Shown here one piece after another: positions 50,968 to 60,335 of a DNA stretch of 64,000 nucleotides; position 1 is the first letter of the stretch, and each line of letters opens with the position of its first letter. The position numbers were made by a program, and so were the translations under genes. The notes under the pieces are model-generated. The model did not search any database, was not told the origin of the DNA, and saw only the letters and a program-made list of their open reading frames with translations. The DNA is from an uncultured Candidatus Saccharibacteria bacterium (GTDB taxonomy: Bacteria; Patescibacteriota; Minisyncoccia; Phycocordibacterales; UBA2100): contig CAZHOB010000001.1 in assembly GCA_964534465.1 (NCBI GenBank), forward strand, positions 33,870 through 97,869, written 5' to 3'.

Positions 50968-51762
50968 CTAAAGCACGTGCACGGTTTTCTCTTGCAGCGC
51001 TTGCTCGGCGCGACTGACGATGCGTTCCATGATCGTAACGACTTCGAGTGGGAATTTTCCGAGCGCGCTTTCTTCTGAAAGCATCACGGCGTCGGCACCG
51101 GAAACTATTGCATACGCGACATCGGTAACTTCAGCGCGCGTGGGTTGCCTTTTTTCCGTCATCGATAACATCATTTGTGTTGCCACGATCACCGGCTTGC
51201 CGGCAGCTTTTGTGCGCTCTATCAGGTCACGTTCGACGAACGGAATATCTTCAATCGGGATGGCGAGACCCAGATCGCCGCGCGCGATCATGATGGCATC
51301 GGCGGCGGCAAGGATCCTATCGAAATCCTCTATCGCTTCACGGCGTTCTATCTTGGCGATTATCGGTACCTTGGAATTACGTTTTTCGATCTCCGCACGC
51401 ATCGCGACCACATCTTCCGCCCTGCCCACGTATGACTGTGCGACGTACTCAATGCCTTCGCCAAGACAAAAATCGAGGTCCGCGAGATCTTTTTCTGTAA
51501 TTTGCGCGCTCGCGGAGTCGAAGGCATGGCCGCCTTCGGTATGCTCGCGCGGGCCGGCCATGTCGAGAATGACGGGTACTTTTTTGCCGACTGCTTGCGC
51601 TGCCGCGCGAATAGCCCGCATATAGCCGCCATTGCTCTCATGCGTGCCGTGCGAAAAATTGATGCGCCCGACATCCATGCCGGCCTTCATCATTTCTTCC
51701 AAAAGTTTTTGCTCTCCGGAGCAGGGGCCGATGGTCGCGACGATCTGCGCGCGGGAATTCAT
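50968..51762 (-). CDS. pyk: Pyruvate kinase, barrel domain only
   Basis: IVATIGP, RINFSHG, IIAKIE, IMIARGDLG, VATQM, PTRAEVTDV, DAVMLS; only 264 aa. Confidence 0.92.
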   Translation of the reverse strand: MNSRAQIVATIGPCSGEQKLLEEMMKAGMDVGRINFSHGTHESNGGYMRAIRAAAQAVGKKVPVILDMAGPREHTEGGHAFDSASAQITEKDLADLDFCLGEGIEYVAQSYVGRAEDVVAMRAEIEKRNSKVPIIAKIERREAIEDFDRILAAADAIMIARGDLGLAIPIEDIPFVERDLIERTKAAGKPVIVATQMMLSMTEKRQPTRAEVTDVAYAIVSGADAVMLSEESALGKFPLEVVTIMERIVSRAEQALQEKTVHVL

Positions 51763-52967
51763 GCGCTAATTGTAGCAAGACGTTCGTATTTGACGCGCCT
51801 CTCTTGCTTGCGCAGCGCCCCCGCTTTGAGACCGAAAGCACCGGTCGCGTGCGCGAGGTCGGCGATAAAATCGTCCATCGTCTCGCCGCTGCGATGACTG
51901 ATGATGCAGTCGATACCGCGTTCGCGCGCGAGTTTCATCGTGTCGAATACTTCAGTAAGTGTGCCGATCTGATTGGGCTTGATGATGATCGCGCTGATGC
52001 TGCCGAGTTGTATCGCTCGGGAAAGTCGCTCTACATTGGTCGTCGTCAGATCATCACCCACGACGCGTGCCGCGATTTTTTTCTGGAGTTCAGCAAAATC
52101 CTCGAACGATTCCTCGAAGAACGGGTCTTCGATGGAAAGTATCGGGAAATTCGCGCAAAGCTCTGTATAGAGTTCCATGAGCTCGCCACTTGAGAACAAA
52201 TGATTCCCTATTTTATATGCGCCGTCGGTATAAAAAGACGATGCGGCCACGTCGGTGGCTATCTTGACCGTATCCGCGTGCCCGCTCGTGCGAATGGCGG
52301 CCAAAAGCAGCTCGAACGGCACGCGCGGGTCGTGCTCGGGTATGACATACCCGCCTTCGTCGCCCATCTGCGATGCGACGACGGTGCCATACCGTATGCG
52401 AATGATCTCCTCGAGCGCCTGCGCCACCTTTTCTACCATCTCTATGGCCTCGGAGACGGACGCTGTGTCGGGCACGAGCATGTGCTCTTGGAACGCGACC
52501 GGTGAATGGGCGTGTTTGCCGCCGTTGATGTAATTGCAATAGAGGAACGGTGTCGTGCGTGAGGGCTTGAAATTGACGAGTGTACGAAGGTGCTCGTAGG
52601 TCTGGATATTTCGTGTCGCTGCCGCAGCTTTGGCTGCGGCGATGCTGACCCCGATCATCGCATTGCCACCGAGTCGCGACTTATCCGGCGTTCCATCGAG
52701 CTCGCGCAGTATCCTGTCTATCTCGGGTTGTTTTTCCACGTGATGTCCGACGAGCGCGGGCCTGATGATGCCGTGCACGCGCTCTATCGCGGGTCCCACG
52801 TGCCCCTCTTTGTCGCGCAGTTCCTTCGCTTCATGCGAGCCGGTCGATGCGCCCGAAGGCACATGGAACGTGCCGTTGCCGAATTTGGTCATCACGGTCA
52901 CGGAAATGGTCGGATTCTTCCGTGAATCCCGCACTTCTTCAGCGAGTATTTCGAGTATTTCGGTCAT
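51759..52967 (-). CDS. eno: Enolase
   Basis: VPSGASTG..EA.ELRD, GDEGG, VGDDL, KPNQIGT, SHRSGET. Confidence 0.97.
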   Translation of the reverse strand: MTEILEILAEEVRDSRKNPTISVTVMTKFGNGTFHVPSGASTGSHEAKELRDKEGHVGPAIERVHGIIRPALVGHHVEKQPEIDRILRELDGTPDKSRLGGNAMIGVSIAAAKAAAATRNIQTYEHLRTLVNFKPSRTTPFLYCNYINGGKHAHSPVAFQEHMLVPDTASVSEAIEMVEKVAQALEEIIRIRYGTVVASQMGDEGGYVIPEHDPRVPFELLLAAIRTSGHADTVKIATDVAASSFYTDGAYKIGNHLFSSGELMELYTELCANFPILSIEDPFFEESFEDFAELQKKIAARVVGDDLTTTNVERLSRAIQLGSISAIIIKPNQIGTLTEVFDTMKLARERGIDCIISHRSGETMDDFIADLAHATGAFGLKAGALRKQERRVKYERLATISA

Positions 52968-54250
52968 GGTCGTTTGCGGAGCACAAAATAGAGATCGGAA
53001 ACATTGGAATCGGTAGGGCCGGTGAAAATAAGGTCGCCCGAGTTCTGGAAATAACCGTACGCGTCGAAACTGTCGAGCCGCGCTTCTATTTGCACAAGCG
53101 TTTCCCTGCCCTTGCGCAACGTGTCCTGATCGACGATAGCGCCGGCAGCGTCACAATTATCTCTTCCATCGGACGCAAAAGCAACGAACACGTCGCCCTG
53201 CCCGATCCTCCGTAGCGCTTCGAGTCCCATATACAGGCAGCGGCCGCCTGTGCCGCCCTTACGCGTAACTTTCAGCCGCACCTCGCCACCGACAATGACA
53301 GCGGTCGCGCTGCCGAGCTGTTTTACCATCGTTTCGACGAGTTCCATCGCCTCGATGAGCTCAACGAGCTGATCGTAGTGTGCCGCGCCGGCATCGTGCA
53401 CCGCATAGCCGCGTTTTTGCGCTTCGTCCCGCATAGCGGCGAGTGCCGCCATGTTCGAAACCATGCCCACATTGTGAACATTTTCAAAACGTGAGCGGTC
53501 TTTGGGCGTTTCTTGGAGCGTGTATCCCTCGAAACCGTATGCATCAATAATGGCTTTTGCATCGCTGACCGTGCTTTCGTCTAAATATGTGGGACCGGAT
53601 GCGACGTCTTGAAACCTATCGCCTGGCACGTCGCAAAAAATGAGCCCGATGATGGTGGCGGGATGAAAAAGCGCTGCGAGCCCGCCGCCCTTGACGCCGG
53701 AGATGTGTCGCCGGATAGTATTTACCTCTTCGATGGTCGCACCAACACGCCTTGCATCTTCGTATAATTTTACGCCCTGATCACACTCGCCTTGCGGCCA
53801 GCACAGGAGCGATGAGCCGCCACCCGAAACGACGACAATAACGAGATCCTCCGGTGAAGTGTCCTTGGCCATGTCGACTACTCTTGAAGATGCGTCCACA
53901 TTGATCTGCGAAGGCATGGGATGCGTGCCCTGTGTGACGTCGACTATTTCGCAGGTGCCCGGCCGCACATCGATGGCTATCCCGTCGGTGAGATGCGCAC
54001 GGATGATGCGCTCCACGGTCTCGACCGCCTTGCACGAGGCTTTGCCGAAGCCGAGGAGTCGCACTCTTTTATATGAGGCAAGATCGTATGCGCGACCGTC
54101 GATACTGAGCGTGGTGCCACTCAAAGAAAGTTTCGAGCGAACGACGTATTCGGTATCTATGGCACGGTAGGCGGCCTCCATTATTGCGAGCGCGTCAGAG
54201 CGCATCGCGCTCGTGTTCAACTCATCGAAATTGCGTATCTTGTGCGTCAC
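52964..54250 (-). CDS. Glycerate 2-kinase (MOFRL family)
   Basis: GFGKAS, THPMP, VSGGGSSL, SGVKGGGL, ASGPT, GGE, GTGGR, SDGRD, TGPTDSNV.D. Confidence 0.92.
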   Translation of the reverse strand: MTHKIRNFDELNTSAMRSDALAIMEAAYRAIDTEYVVRSKLSLSGTTLSIDGRAYDLASYKRVRLLGFGKASCKAVETVERIIRAHLTDGIAIDVRPGTCEIVDVTQGTHPMPSQINVDASSRVVDMAKDTSPEDLVIVVVSGGGSSLLCWPQGECDQGVKLYEDARRVGATIEEVNTIRRHISGVKGGGLAALFHPATIIGLIFCDVPGDRFQDVASGPTYLDESTVSDAKAIIDAYGFEGYTLQETPKDRSRFENVHNVGMVSNMAALAAMRDEAQKRGYAVHDAGAAHYDQLVELIEAMELVETMVKQLGSATAVIVGGEVRLKVTRKGGTGGRCLYMGLEALRRIGQGDVFVAFASDGRDNCDAAGAIVDQDTLRKGRETLVQIEARLDSFDAYGYFQNSGDLIFTGPTDSNVSDLYFVLRKRP

Positions 54251-55245
54251 ACATGTATCGCATTAGACGGATTTCCGCTCAAAAAATTCTTGACGTTGTT
54301 CATGCTCGTCGTGAGGATCTCGCGATAGGCTTCGCGCGAGAAAAATGCGATGTGCGGCGTGATGATGACGTTCGGCATATCCATGAGAATGTGGTTCTGA
54401 AGCAGTGCCTTCAGGTCTTGGATGGATTCGGAGCCTTGCACGAGCTCCATTTCGTCCTTGAGCATGCGCTCGTCTTCGAGCACATCCAATCCCGCGCCAG
54501 AGACAGTACCGCTCTTCAGCGCCTCGAGGAGCGCCTGCGTATCCACGAGCTCGCCGCGCGCGGTATTGATGAGCAACGCGCCTTTTTTCATTTTCGAGAA
54601 CGCCTCCGCGTTCAGTATGTGCTTATTCTCCGGAATATACGGCACGTGTACCGTAACGATATCCGCGCCGGCGAGCAATTCATCGAGCGGCACGTATTTT
54701 GCATTTTCATTTTCGAGTTTGGCATCGGGAAATTTGTCCATCATTAATACCTTCATGCCGAATCCCTGCGCGATGAGAGCGACATTGCGGCCGATGGCAC
54801 CGGTGCCGAGCACGCCGAGCGTTTTACCGAAGAGGTCGAAACCTTCGAGCGCCTCGGTCTTGAACGAGCCCTTCTCGCGTACTTGAAATGCCGCGTTGAA
54901 AATGTGGCGCGTGAGCGAAAGCATGAGCGCAAAGGTAAATTCTGCCACCGTGCGTGCGCCATAGCGCGGCACATTGCAAACTACGATCCCCTTCTGTGCG
55001 GCATACGCCACGTCGATATGATCCACTCCCGTGGAACGCGCAACTATCAGTTTGAGTTTCGGAAGCGCATCAATAAGCTCTTTGCTCATGCCGGAAGAAA
55101 CGAATACTGAAATAATTTCAGCCTCCGCGTACTGCGAAATAGTCGCCGCAGAGACGGGCGCTTCCACATAGGTAATGGCGTCATCCTGTATCCCGCCAAA
55201 AACCTCTTTGCACGGCGCGTCGGCATCGAATACTACGATATGCAT
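54247..55245 (-). CDS. D-isomer-specific 2-hydroxyacid dehydrogenase (D-LDH or hydroxypyruvate reductase-like)
   Basis: RSTGVDHID, GTGAIG, LINTARG, LDVLEDE, ITPHIAF. Confidence 0.93.
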   Translation of the reverse strand: MHIVVFDADAPCKEVFGGIQDDAITYVEAPVSAATISQYAEAEIISVFVSSGMSKELIDALPKLKLIVARSTGVDHIDVAYAAQKGIVVCNVPRYGARTVAEFTFALMLSLTRHIFNAAFQVREKGSFKTEALEGFDLFGKTLGVLGTGAIGRNVALIAQGFGMKVLMMDKFPDAKLENENAKYVPLDELLAGADIVTVHVPYIPENKHILNAEAFSKMKKGALLINTARGELVDTQALLEALKSGTVSGAGLDVLEDERMLKDEMELVQGSESIQDLKALLQNHILMDMPNVIITPHIAFFSREAYREILTTSMNNVKNFLSGNPSNAIHV

Positions 55246-55309
55246 GGCTGCTATTGTAGCATCACTCGTTCCATGCTTTCATCCTACACAGTGGATCAGG
55301 GAGTAAACG

Positions 55310-57085
55310 ATGCATCCCGTACTTCAGCGTTCAGCGGAACTCTACGCGCGCGCAAAAAAAAGTTATCGACAAAAGCGCTTTTTGACCTACGTAAAACGGA
55401 TCGACAATGTGATCTCGAATAATTGGTCGGATCGCCAAGCATTCTTCAGCGAAGCGCAGCAATTGCGCGCAAAAGCCGATCCAAAGGCACTGCGGCATCT
55501 CTGGATATTTTCCCACTCATCGCTCGCGGTGTTCGAGGAATTCATCCTCGATGCGCTTATGAGGAAAACATTTGCCGATGTCCTCGACATGGTGGAGGAG
55601 CCGCGGCTCTTTCATCCGGCCATCGAGTTCTCTCTGCAACTCTTCGGAAGAAATGTGACAAAGAGAGCGAGCAATCCGGATCTTTTGCCCGAGAACAAGT
55701 GGGCCGATACGGCCAATTACTTTTTCGGCAAATATGAGAATCTCCTTCGAAGAAGAGACCTGAAGTACTTCGTCGAAAAAGAGAGCGTCGTAGAGCTCGT
55801 TCCGATGCCGCAGATGGATGAAGAATCCGCTGCGCGGCTCATACCCGCAAAGAAGCGCGAGTTCGCGCCGCAGCACTTCAAACTCCACGCGTACTCGATG
55901 CCCTTTCGCGTTCTCCACTCAGGGCTAATGCTCTCAGATTTCATCGATGCAATAGCAGAGCGCATCGATGTGGTCATCAAAGATGTCGAGTGGAAAGATC
56001 AGCCCGCTGATTGGCGCTCGGTCGACCGCCTCTCCTACTTTCTGATGCAAGCCGCTGAGAAGGGCTACTGGCCGCTTTTCCGCGAAGTTCCGCGTGAAGT
56101 GATGTCGGCAAAACGCATCACCATGTGTTACAACGGCTGCCAGCCCTCTGTCATCAAGGAGGTCTTCGAATCCCGCATTGGCGACACAGTGGACTGGGAA
56201 AAAAGCCTGCGACGCACGATGAACGGCAGATTGCCCGTCGGACTCAAGCTTCACTTCACAAAACCGACGAACCTGCAGGAGGTATTCAAGCACTCGATGT
56301 TCAAGCTGGAAGGTGCCGCGAATACGGTGATCCTACCGCCACTGGGCAGTATTGAGGTTGTAGCGGAGATACTTGAACGGATCGAAAAAATGTGGGGCCA
56401 GCCTATCCTCGGCAATCCCGACGTGCAGATACAGGTATGCAGTGGAGTCGAGCTCGATCAACGATACGCGGCACTGCTCGGTATTTGTTTTTACCTCGGC
56501 TCCGACAAGATCCGCCGATATCGCAGTGGCGATTTCGTGACATCGCACTCCGAAACGGGCGGACGGCTCGTGGTCTACGGCGTGCCCGGCATGATCGAGC
56601 GTGAGTTTGCATGGTGGGACAAAGACCACAAAGGTAAGCTCGTCTCGACGGACATTCCGTATTCGATCACACGTCGCACCGACGTGCTCACCTGCACGAG
56701 CCTGCTCGATATCGACAACGTAAATCTCATCTCTACATTGCTCGGACACTCGCAGCACAACGGATTTTGGGGAGACATGGGTCGGCGCTTTGCCGTCGAC
56801 GTCGAGAATCTGCTCAAAGAGCATGACCTCTCGGGCTTGCTCGCCGTAGACTGGATATTCCGCAATGAAGCGGCCGTCGATAAACGCGATCGCGACGGCA
56901 CGCTTTTCTTCGACATGTTCAGCGAGCTCATGGAGTATGCGTTCGCCGAATATGAGAGAATAGAAGAAGCCAAAAAGCGCGGTGATACTGCAGCGGCAGA
57001 GAACGGTATCTTACTGCAGATGCAAAATCTTCTGCAGAAGTACCGTGCCGAGCACAGAGCACTCGCACAAAAGGAGCAACCATGA
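55310..57085 (+). CDS. Large hypothetical protein (591 aa)
   Basis: AGGGAG SD, long ORF, no confidently recognised family. Confidence 0.8.
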   Translation: MHPVLQRSAELYARAKKSYRQKRFLTYVKRIDNVISNNWSDRQAFFSEAQQLRAKADPKALRHLWIFSHSSLAVFEEFILDALMRKTFADVLDMVEEPRLFHPAIEFSLQLFGRNVTKRASNPDLLPENKWADTANYFFGKYENLLRRRDLKYFVEKESVVELVPMPQMDEESAARLIPAKKREFAPQHFKLHAYSMPFRVLHSGLMLSDFIDAIAERIDVVIKDVEWKDQPADWRSVDRLSYFLMQAAEKGYWPLFREVPREVMSAKRITMCYNGCQPSVIKEVFESRIGDTVDWEKSLRRTMNGRLPVGLKLHFTKPTNLQEVFKHSMFKLEGAANTVILPPLGSIEVVAEILERIEKMWGQPILGNPDVQIQVCSGVELDQRYAALLGICFYLGSDKIRRYRSGDFVTSHSETGGRLVVYGVPGMIEREFAWWDKDHKGKLVSTDIPYSITRRTDVLTCTSLLDIDNVNLISTLLGHSQHNGFWGDMGRRFAVDVENLLKEHDLSGLLAVDWIFRNEAAVDKRDRDGTLFFDMFSELMEYAFAEYERIEEAKKRGDTAAAENGILLQMQNLLQKYRAEHRALAQKEQP

Positions 57086-57258
57086 GTACGATGCATCAGC
57101 CGGGCGCGAAGCCCTTTGAGGTCCCCGAAACGGTACCGAATCCTGCCGTCCCGCAGGTGGTGCCGCAGGAACCCCAAAAAGCCCCCGCAAAAAAAGAGCC
57201 GGTCAAGGTACCGGAGAAGGTCAGTGCCGCCCCCGAAGGGCGGCATTTCTTTTTTTAA
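57082..57258 (+). CDS. Pro/Val/Glu/Lys-rich small peptide (58 aa), not in the ORF track
   Basis: AAGGAG SD, ATGA overlap with the upstream stop; MSTMHQPGAKPFEVPETVPNPAVPQVVPQEPQKAPAKKEPVKVPEKVSAAPEGRHFFF. Confidence 0.65.
   Translation: MSTMHQPGAKPFEVPETVPNPAVPQVVPQEPQKAPAKKEPVKVPEKVSAAPEGRHFFF
57225..57256 (+). terminator. Rho-independent terminator
   Basis: TGCCGCCC/GGGCGGCA stem plus TTTCTTTTTTT. Confidence 0.8.
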
Positions 57259-57265
57259 TATGTTC

Positions 57266-57300
57266 TAAAAAAGAAAGACCGCCGAGTAGCTCGGCGGTCG
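57266..57300 (-). terminator. Rho-independent terminator
   Basis: GACCGCCGAG/CTCGGCGGTC stem with T tail on the minus strand. Confidence 0.8.
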
Positions 57301-57312
57301 ATGCATTAAAGA

Positions 57313-57948
57313 TTACCATTCCCATTTTTCGTCGCGGCCGACGAAGGCGAAGAAGAGCAGAGCGAGCCCTATGCCGGCGATCAGCGCTGTAAAGAACCAA
57401 CTTAGGAGAAGATCATGTCTCTCACGAGCTTCTTTTGCGCCCTCGATCTCTTGTGCGCTGGTCGTGAAGGAGTTGGCACCAGCGTCGAAAGTCGTCCGAC
57501 AGCGATAGAACTCCGCGCACGTGAAGGGAATTTCTTCACTCGCAATGAGGTAGACATCCGTTCCCGGTTTCTTGACGAGATAGTAGATCTGCCACGGCTC
57601 CACCTCTTCATCTGCGCCGTCAGCCATTTTGTTCTTCTGCCATCCCGCCCAATACGATGCCACATAGGGCGCGTTCGCCGCATGAATTTTGAATTCGTCC
57701 ATACTAACGACCGTATATGGCGCGCCAAAAACGATAGGCTCCTCCCGCGCGACCACCTGCACCTGCGGTGTCTGCCACATGGTGAATGTGATCGGCTCCG
57801 GCGCGATCATCGGCCTGTAGTGCGGACCCGTGGAGGCTATCAGCGCACCAAGTCCGAGGAGCAGTGCTCCAAAGAAAGTCTGAACCGGATGGTTCTTGAG
57901 CATGGCGAGAATGCCATTCTGTCGCGTGTCTGCCGTTACAGCGTTCAT
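57313..57948 (-). CDS. Hypothetical membrane protein (N- and C-terminal TM segments)
   Basis: AAGGAG SD, two hydrophobic segments, own terminator. Confidence 0.75.
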   Translation of the reverse strand: MNAVTADTRQNGILAMLKNHPVQTFFGALLLGLGALIASTGPHYRPMIAPEPITFTMWQTPQVQVVAREEPIVFGAPYTVVSMDEFKIHAANAPYVASYWAGWQKNKMADGADEEVEPWQIYYLVKKPGTDVYLIASEEIPFTCAEFYRCRTTFDAGANSFTTSAQEIEGAKEARERHDLLLSWFFTALIAGIGLALLFFAFVGRDEKWEW

Positions 57949-58065
57949 TTCCCGACTCCTTTATGCGCCCTGTTGAGGCGTTCCTGTGCGAAATATAAAC
58001 ACAGAAAAACAGGAGACGCTACCCTTGTGGGCTCCGGCGAAGGGCTATTGAACCATTACGATACC

Positions 58066-58093
58066 TTGACAAACGGACATTAAATGATACTAT
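58066..58093 (+). promoter_or_regulatory. Sigma70-type promoter
   Basis: TTGACA-16 bp-TACTAT with a TG extension. Confidence 0.7.
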
Positions 58094-58124
58094 ATAAACA
58101 GCATTCATCTAACGGGAGGCTTAC

Positions 58125-58520
58125 ATGAGCCATAATTACTACGTTCGTGTCGCGCAAAAAAGAACCGTTGATCCCCTCTACGAGGAGCGTCTTCCGCAGG
58201 TCGACGAGGTCCTTGCTCGCTTTCACGTCAAATTCGAAGACGAGGAGAGAAAGCAGGACTTCTTACAAGACCTACTCAACGCTCTCGATGTCGGCGATAT
58301 GCGTGTCGTGGAACGCTGCTCGGTGGAGCACCTTGGAAAATGGAGCGGCGCGGGGACATTCACCTTCGCCAAGACCGCTGCGGAGATAGAGAGCTATCCG
58401 GCGGATGCGATCGTCGATGACACGTATGGCCGGACGATGACGATGGCTCAATTTCGGCATCAGTTGAAAACGAAGGGCAAGGATTTCCGTTTCAACTCGA
58501 TCGGCAAAGAATTCTCCTGA
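58125..58520 (+). CDS. Hypothetical protein
   Basis: GGGAGG SD, promoter upstream, terminator downstream. Confidence 0.8.
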   Translation: MSHNYYVRVAQKRTVDPLYEERLPQVDEVLARFHVKFEDEERKQDFLQDLLNALDVGDMRVVERCSVEHLGKWSGAGTFTFAKTAAEIESYPADAIVDDTYGRTMTMAQFRHQLKTKGKDFRFNSIGKEFS

Positions 58521-58535
58521 GCCGATCTCGCTTGC

Positions 58536-58566
58536 ATGAGCTCCCCACAAGGGAGCTCATTTTTTT
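58536..58566 (+). terminator. Rho-independent terminator
   Basis: ATGAGCTCCC/GGGAGCTCAT plus T-run. Confidence 0.85.
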
Positions 58567-58731
58567 GTGGACTCCAGCGACATTTTTTCGAACCTCGCGC
58601 TCAGGGACCTTATACGGCTTCAGGAGATACTCGGTCAAAGAGTGGATCGGCTGAAGGCAGAGGCTGAAGCAGCGAGTCCGGCGACCATGCCCGTTGATCC
58701 GGCAAATAGCACCACTACCGCAGTAGAGTAG
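58567..58731 (+). pseudogene. Probable 3' fragment of a truncated gene
   Basis: 54-codon open frame (DIFSNLALRDLIRLQEILGQRVDRLKAEAEAA...) starting directly after a terminator, with no RBS or promoter. Confidence 0.4.
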
Positions 58732-58848
58732 AACACAGCATGCGGTAGGTAGTGTGCAGCGTGCAGTGGGTCGTGTGCAGTAGGACGCAGTAGCTGGCAG
58801 AGGGTGGGGCATCGGGAAACAGGACCACCACATGCTAACCTTGTGAAT

Positions 58849-59520
58849 ATGCGCCAAAAAGAGGCTATAACGCAGAACCCAATCTTATGGTTAGCGCTTG
58901 CACTCATGATCCTATTTGTGCTTTTGACGGCGATGCAGCAACTCGTGCCGCTGCCGGGAGTCATTGCGCACTTCGTATTCATGGCAGGTACCGTCTTAGG
59001 AATGCCCTTTGGTCTGTCTCTCCTCATCTCGTTCGCTATGTTGTTTTCGTGGAGACATTACCACCATTTTTATTTGCCGTTCTTGATCAGTGCCCTCACC
59101 TTCGTCTTTCTGTATTTCACCTGGATGGTTTGGACGCCTACTCACACGTCAACGATGAACGGCGATCGGGATATGTTTTACTATCACACCGGCGTTGAGC
59201 TGCCCGGTGCGATCACAGACGTGAAAGATTTTGACGACATCGGTGGCTTTCCCGCTGATGGTGACGCAGAGCTTTCTTTCCACATGAACGCGAGCGATAT
59301 GCAGAAATGGATGCTTTCCAGCGGCCTCAAGTGGAAGAGTGGCCCGCATGATAAAAGCGGAGATGTGCTCAATACATTTACCGATAACGGATCCCTGACC
59401 TTCAAAGATAGTGCCGACATCGAATACGTTACCATCGAGCGTGAGTCACCATCCAACGTAACGACCATATTTGTGAATCAAAAAGAAGGGTGGGTGCTCG
59501 TCAGAGATCACGACATATAG
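58849..59520 (+). CDS. Hypothetical membrane protein
   Basis: Three N-terminal TM segments and a soluble C-terminal domain. Confidence 0.7.
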   Translation: MRQKEAITQNPILWLALALMILFVLLTAMQQLVPLPGVIAHFVFMAGTVLGMPFGLSLLISFAMLFSWRHYHHFYLPFLISALTFVFLYFTWMVWTPTHTSTMNGDRDMFYYHTGVELPGAITDVKDFDDIGGFPADGDAELSFHMNASDMQKWMLSSGLKWKSGPHDKSGDVLNTFTDNGSLTFKDSADIEYVTIERESPSNVTTIFVNQKEGWVLVRDHDI

Positions 59521-59542
59521 GCCGTGCACACCGGACCGTTAG

Positions 59543-59800
59543 TTAATGGAACCAAGTCAGTGGCCACCACCACAAGTACGACCATACGCCCGCACCTACG
59601 AGTGTTGCACCGGTTAGCACGTACGCGATGAACCACTCCACCTTTGGGTGAAGCTCGATGCCGGCGCGATCGCAAATGAAGGCTATTAGTGCACGGTACG
59701 TCCAGTGCGTGATGCTGCCGATCGCTCGCATCGTCGCAGACATCGTAGCTGCGATGAGATCACCGAGCAGATCACCTATGTTGTTACCGCGACGGGCCAT
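59543..59800 (-). CDS. Small hypothetical membrane protein
   Basis: ATG 6 nt after TATTCT; C-terminal TM segment. Confidence 0.55.
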   Translation of the reverse strand: MARRGNNIGDLLGDLIAATMSATMRAIGSITHWTYRALIAFICDRAGIELHPKVEWFIAYVLTGATLVGAGVWSYLWWWPLTWFH

Positions 59801-60332
59801 TCGCTGAGAATATCGTCGGACTGCCGACGCGTCTATAACCGTCCTGACGTCTATGATCTGCACAAGGAGAGAGCACTATGGCCACTGCGAGGAAGGCCGC
59901 ACCCAGGTATAAAAGTACGTAGGTCGAAGAGAAAAAGCTCCCGTCGCCGCCGTCTGTCCCTGCCTTTTTCCATTTCTCCGGATATACGGACTCTTTCTCA
60001 TCATCGAAGATGCCGACGTCATACAACCCAAGTGCAGTCTCGATACGCACGGCGGCTTTCTGTTGCCCCTTGAAGCCAACGTGCAGATCCTGGAGATATA
60101 CGTGTCGGAGCACAATGACTGCGATGCCGATACCAATGAGATACATGAATTTTCTTTCTGGCGACAGAACGACACCGCTCTGGAGAACCCAGGCTCCGGC
60201 CGTCGCGAGGAGCCCGAGTGCCCAAATTCCGATATTCTGCACTCGCTCTCGAATTGCCTTCGTGGATGAATAGCGCTCGTTCAACGCTGCGATAAGAACA
60301 TCTGTCTTTTTTGATGAGTCGGAGTCTTTCAT
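59784..60332 (-). CDS. 3-TM protein, putative CBASS effector
   Basis: Starts 3 nt after the CD-NTase stop; N-terminal helix, two TM segments, soluble loop, third TM segment. Confidence 0.7.
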   Translation of the reverse strand: MKDSDSSKKTDVLIAALNERYSSTKAIRERVQNIGIWALGLLATAGAWVLQSGVVLSPERKFMYLIGIGIAVIVLRHVYLQDLHVGFKGQQKAAVRIETALGLYDVGIFDDEKESVYPEKWKKAGTDGGDGSFFSSTYVLLYLGAAFLAVAIVLSPCADHRRQDGYRRVGSPTIFSANGPSR

Positions 60333-60335
60333 GGC

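Noticed and set aside
57082-57258. Pup/UBact tag
   Set aside because: No C-terminal GGE/GGQ/GE motif and no proteasome or Dop genes in the window
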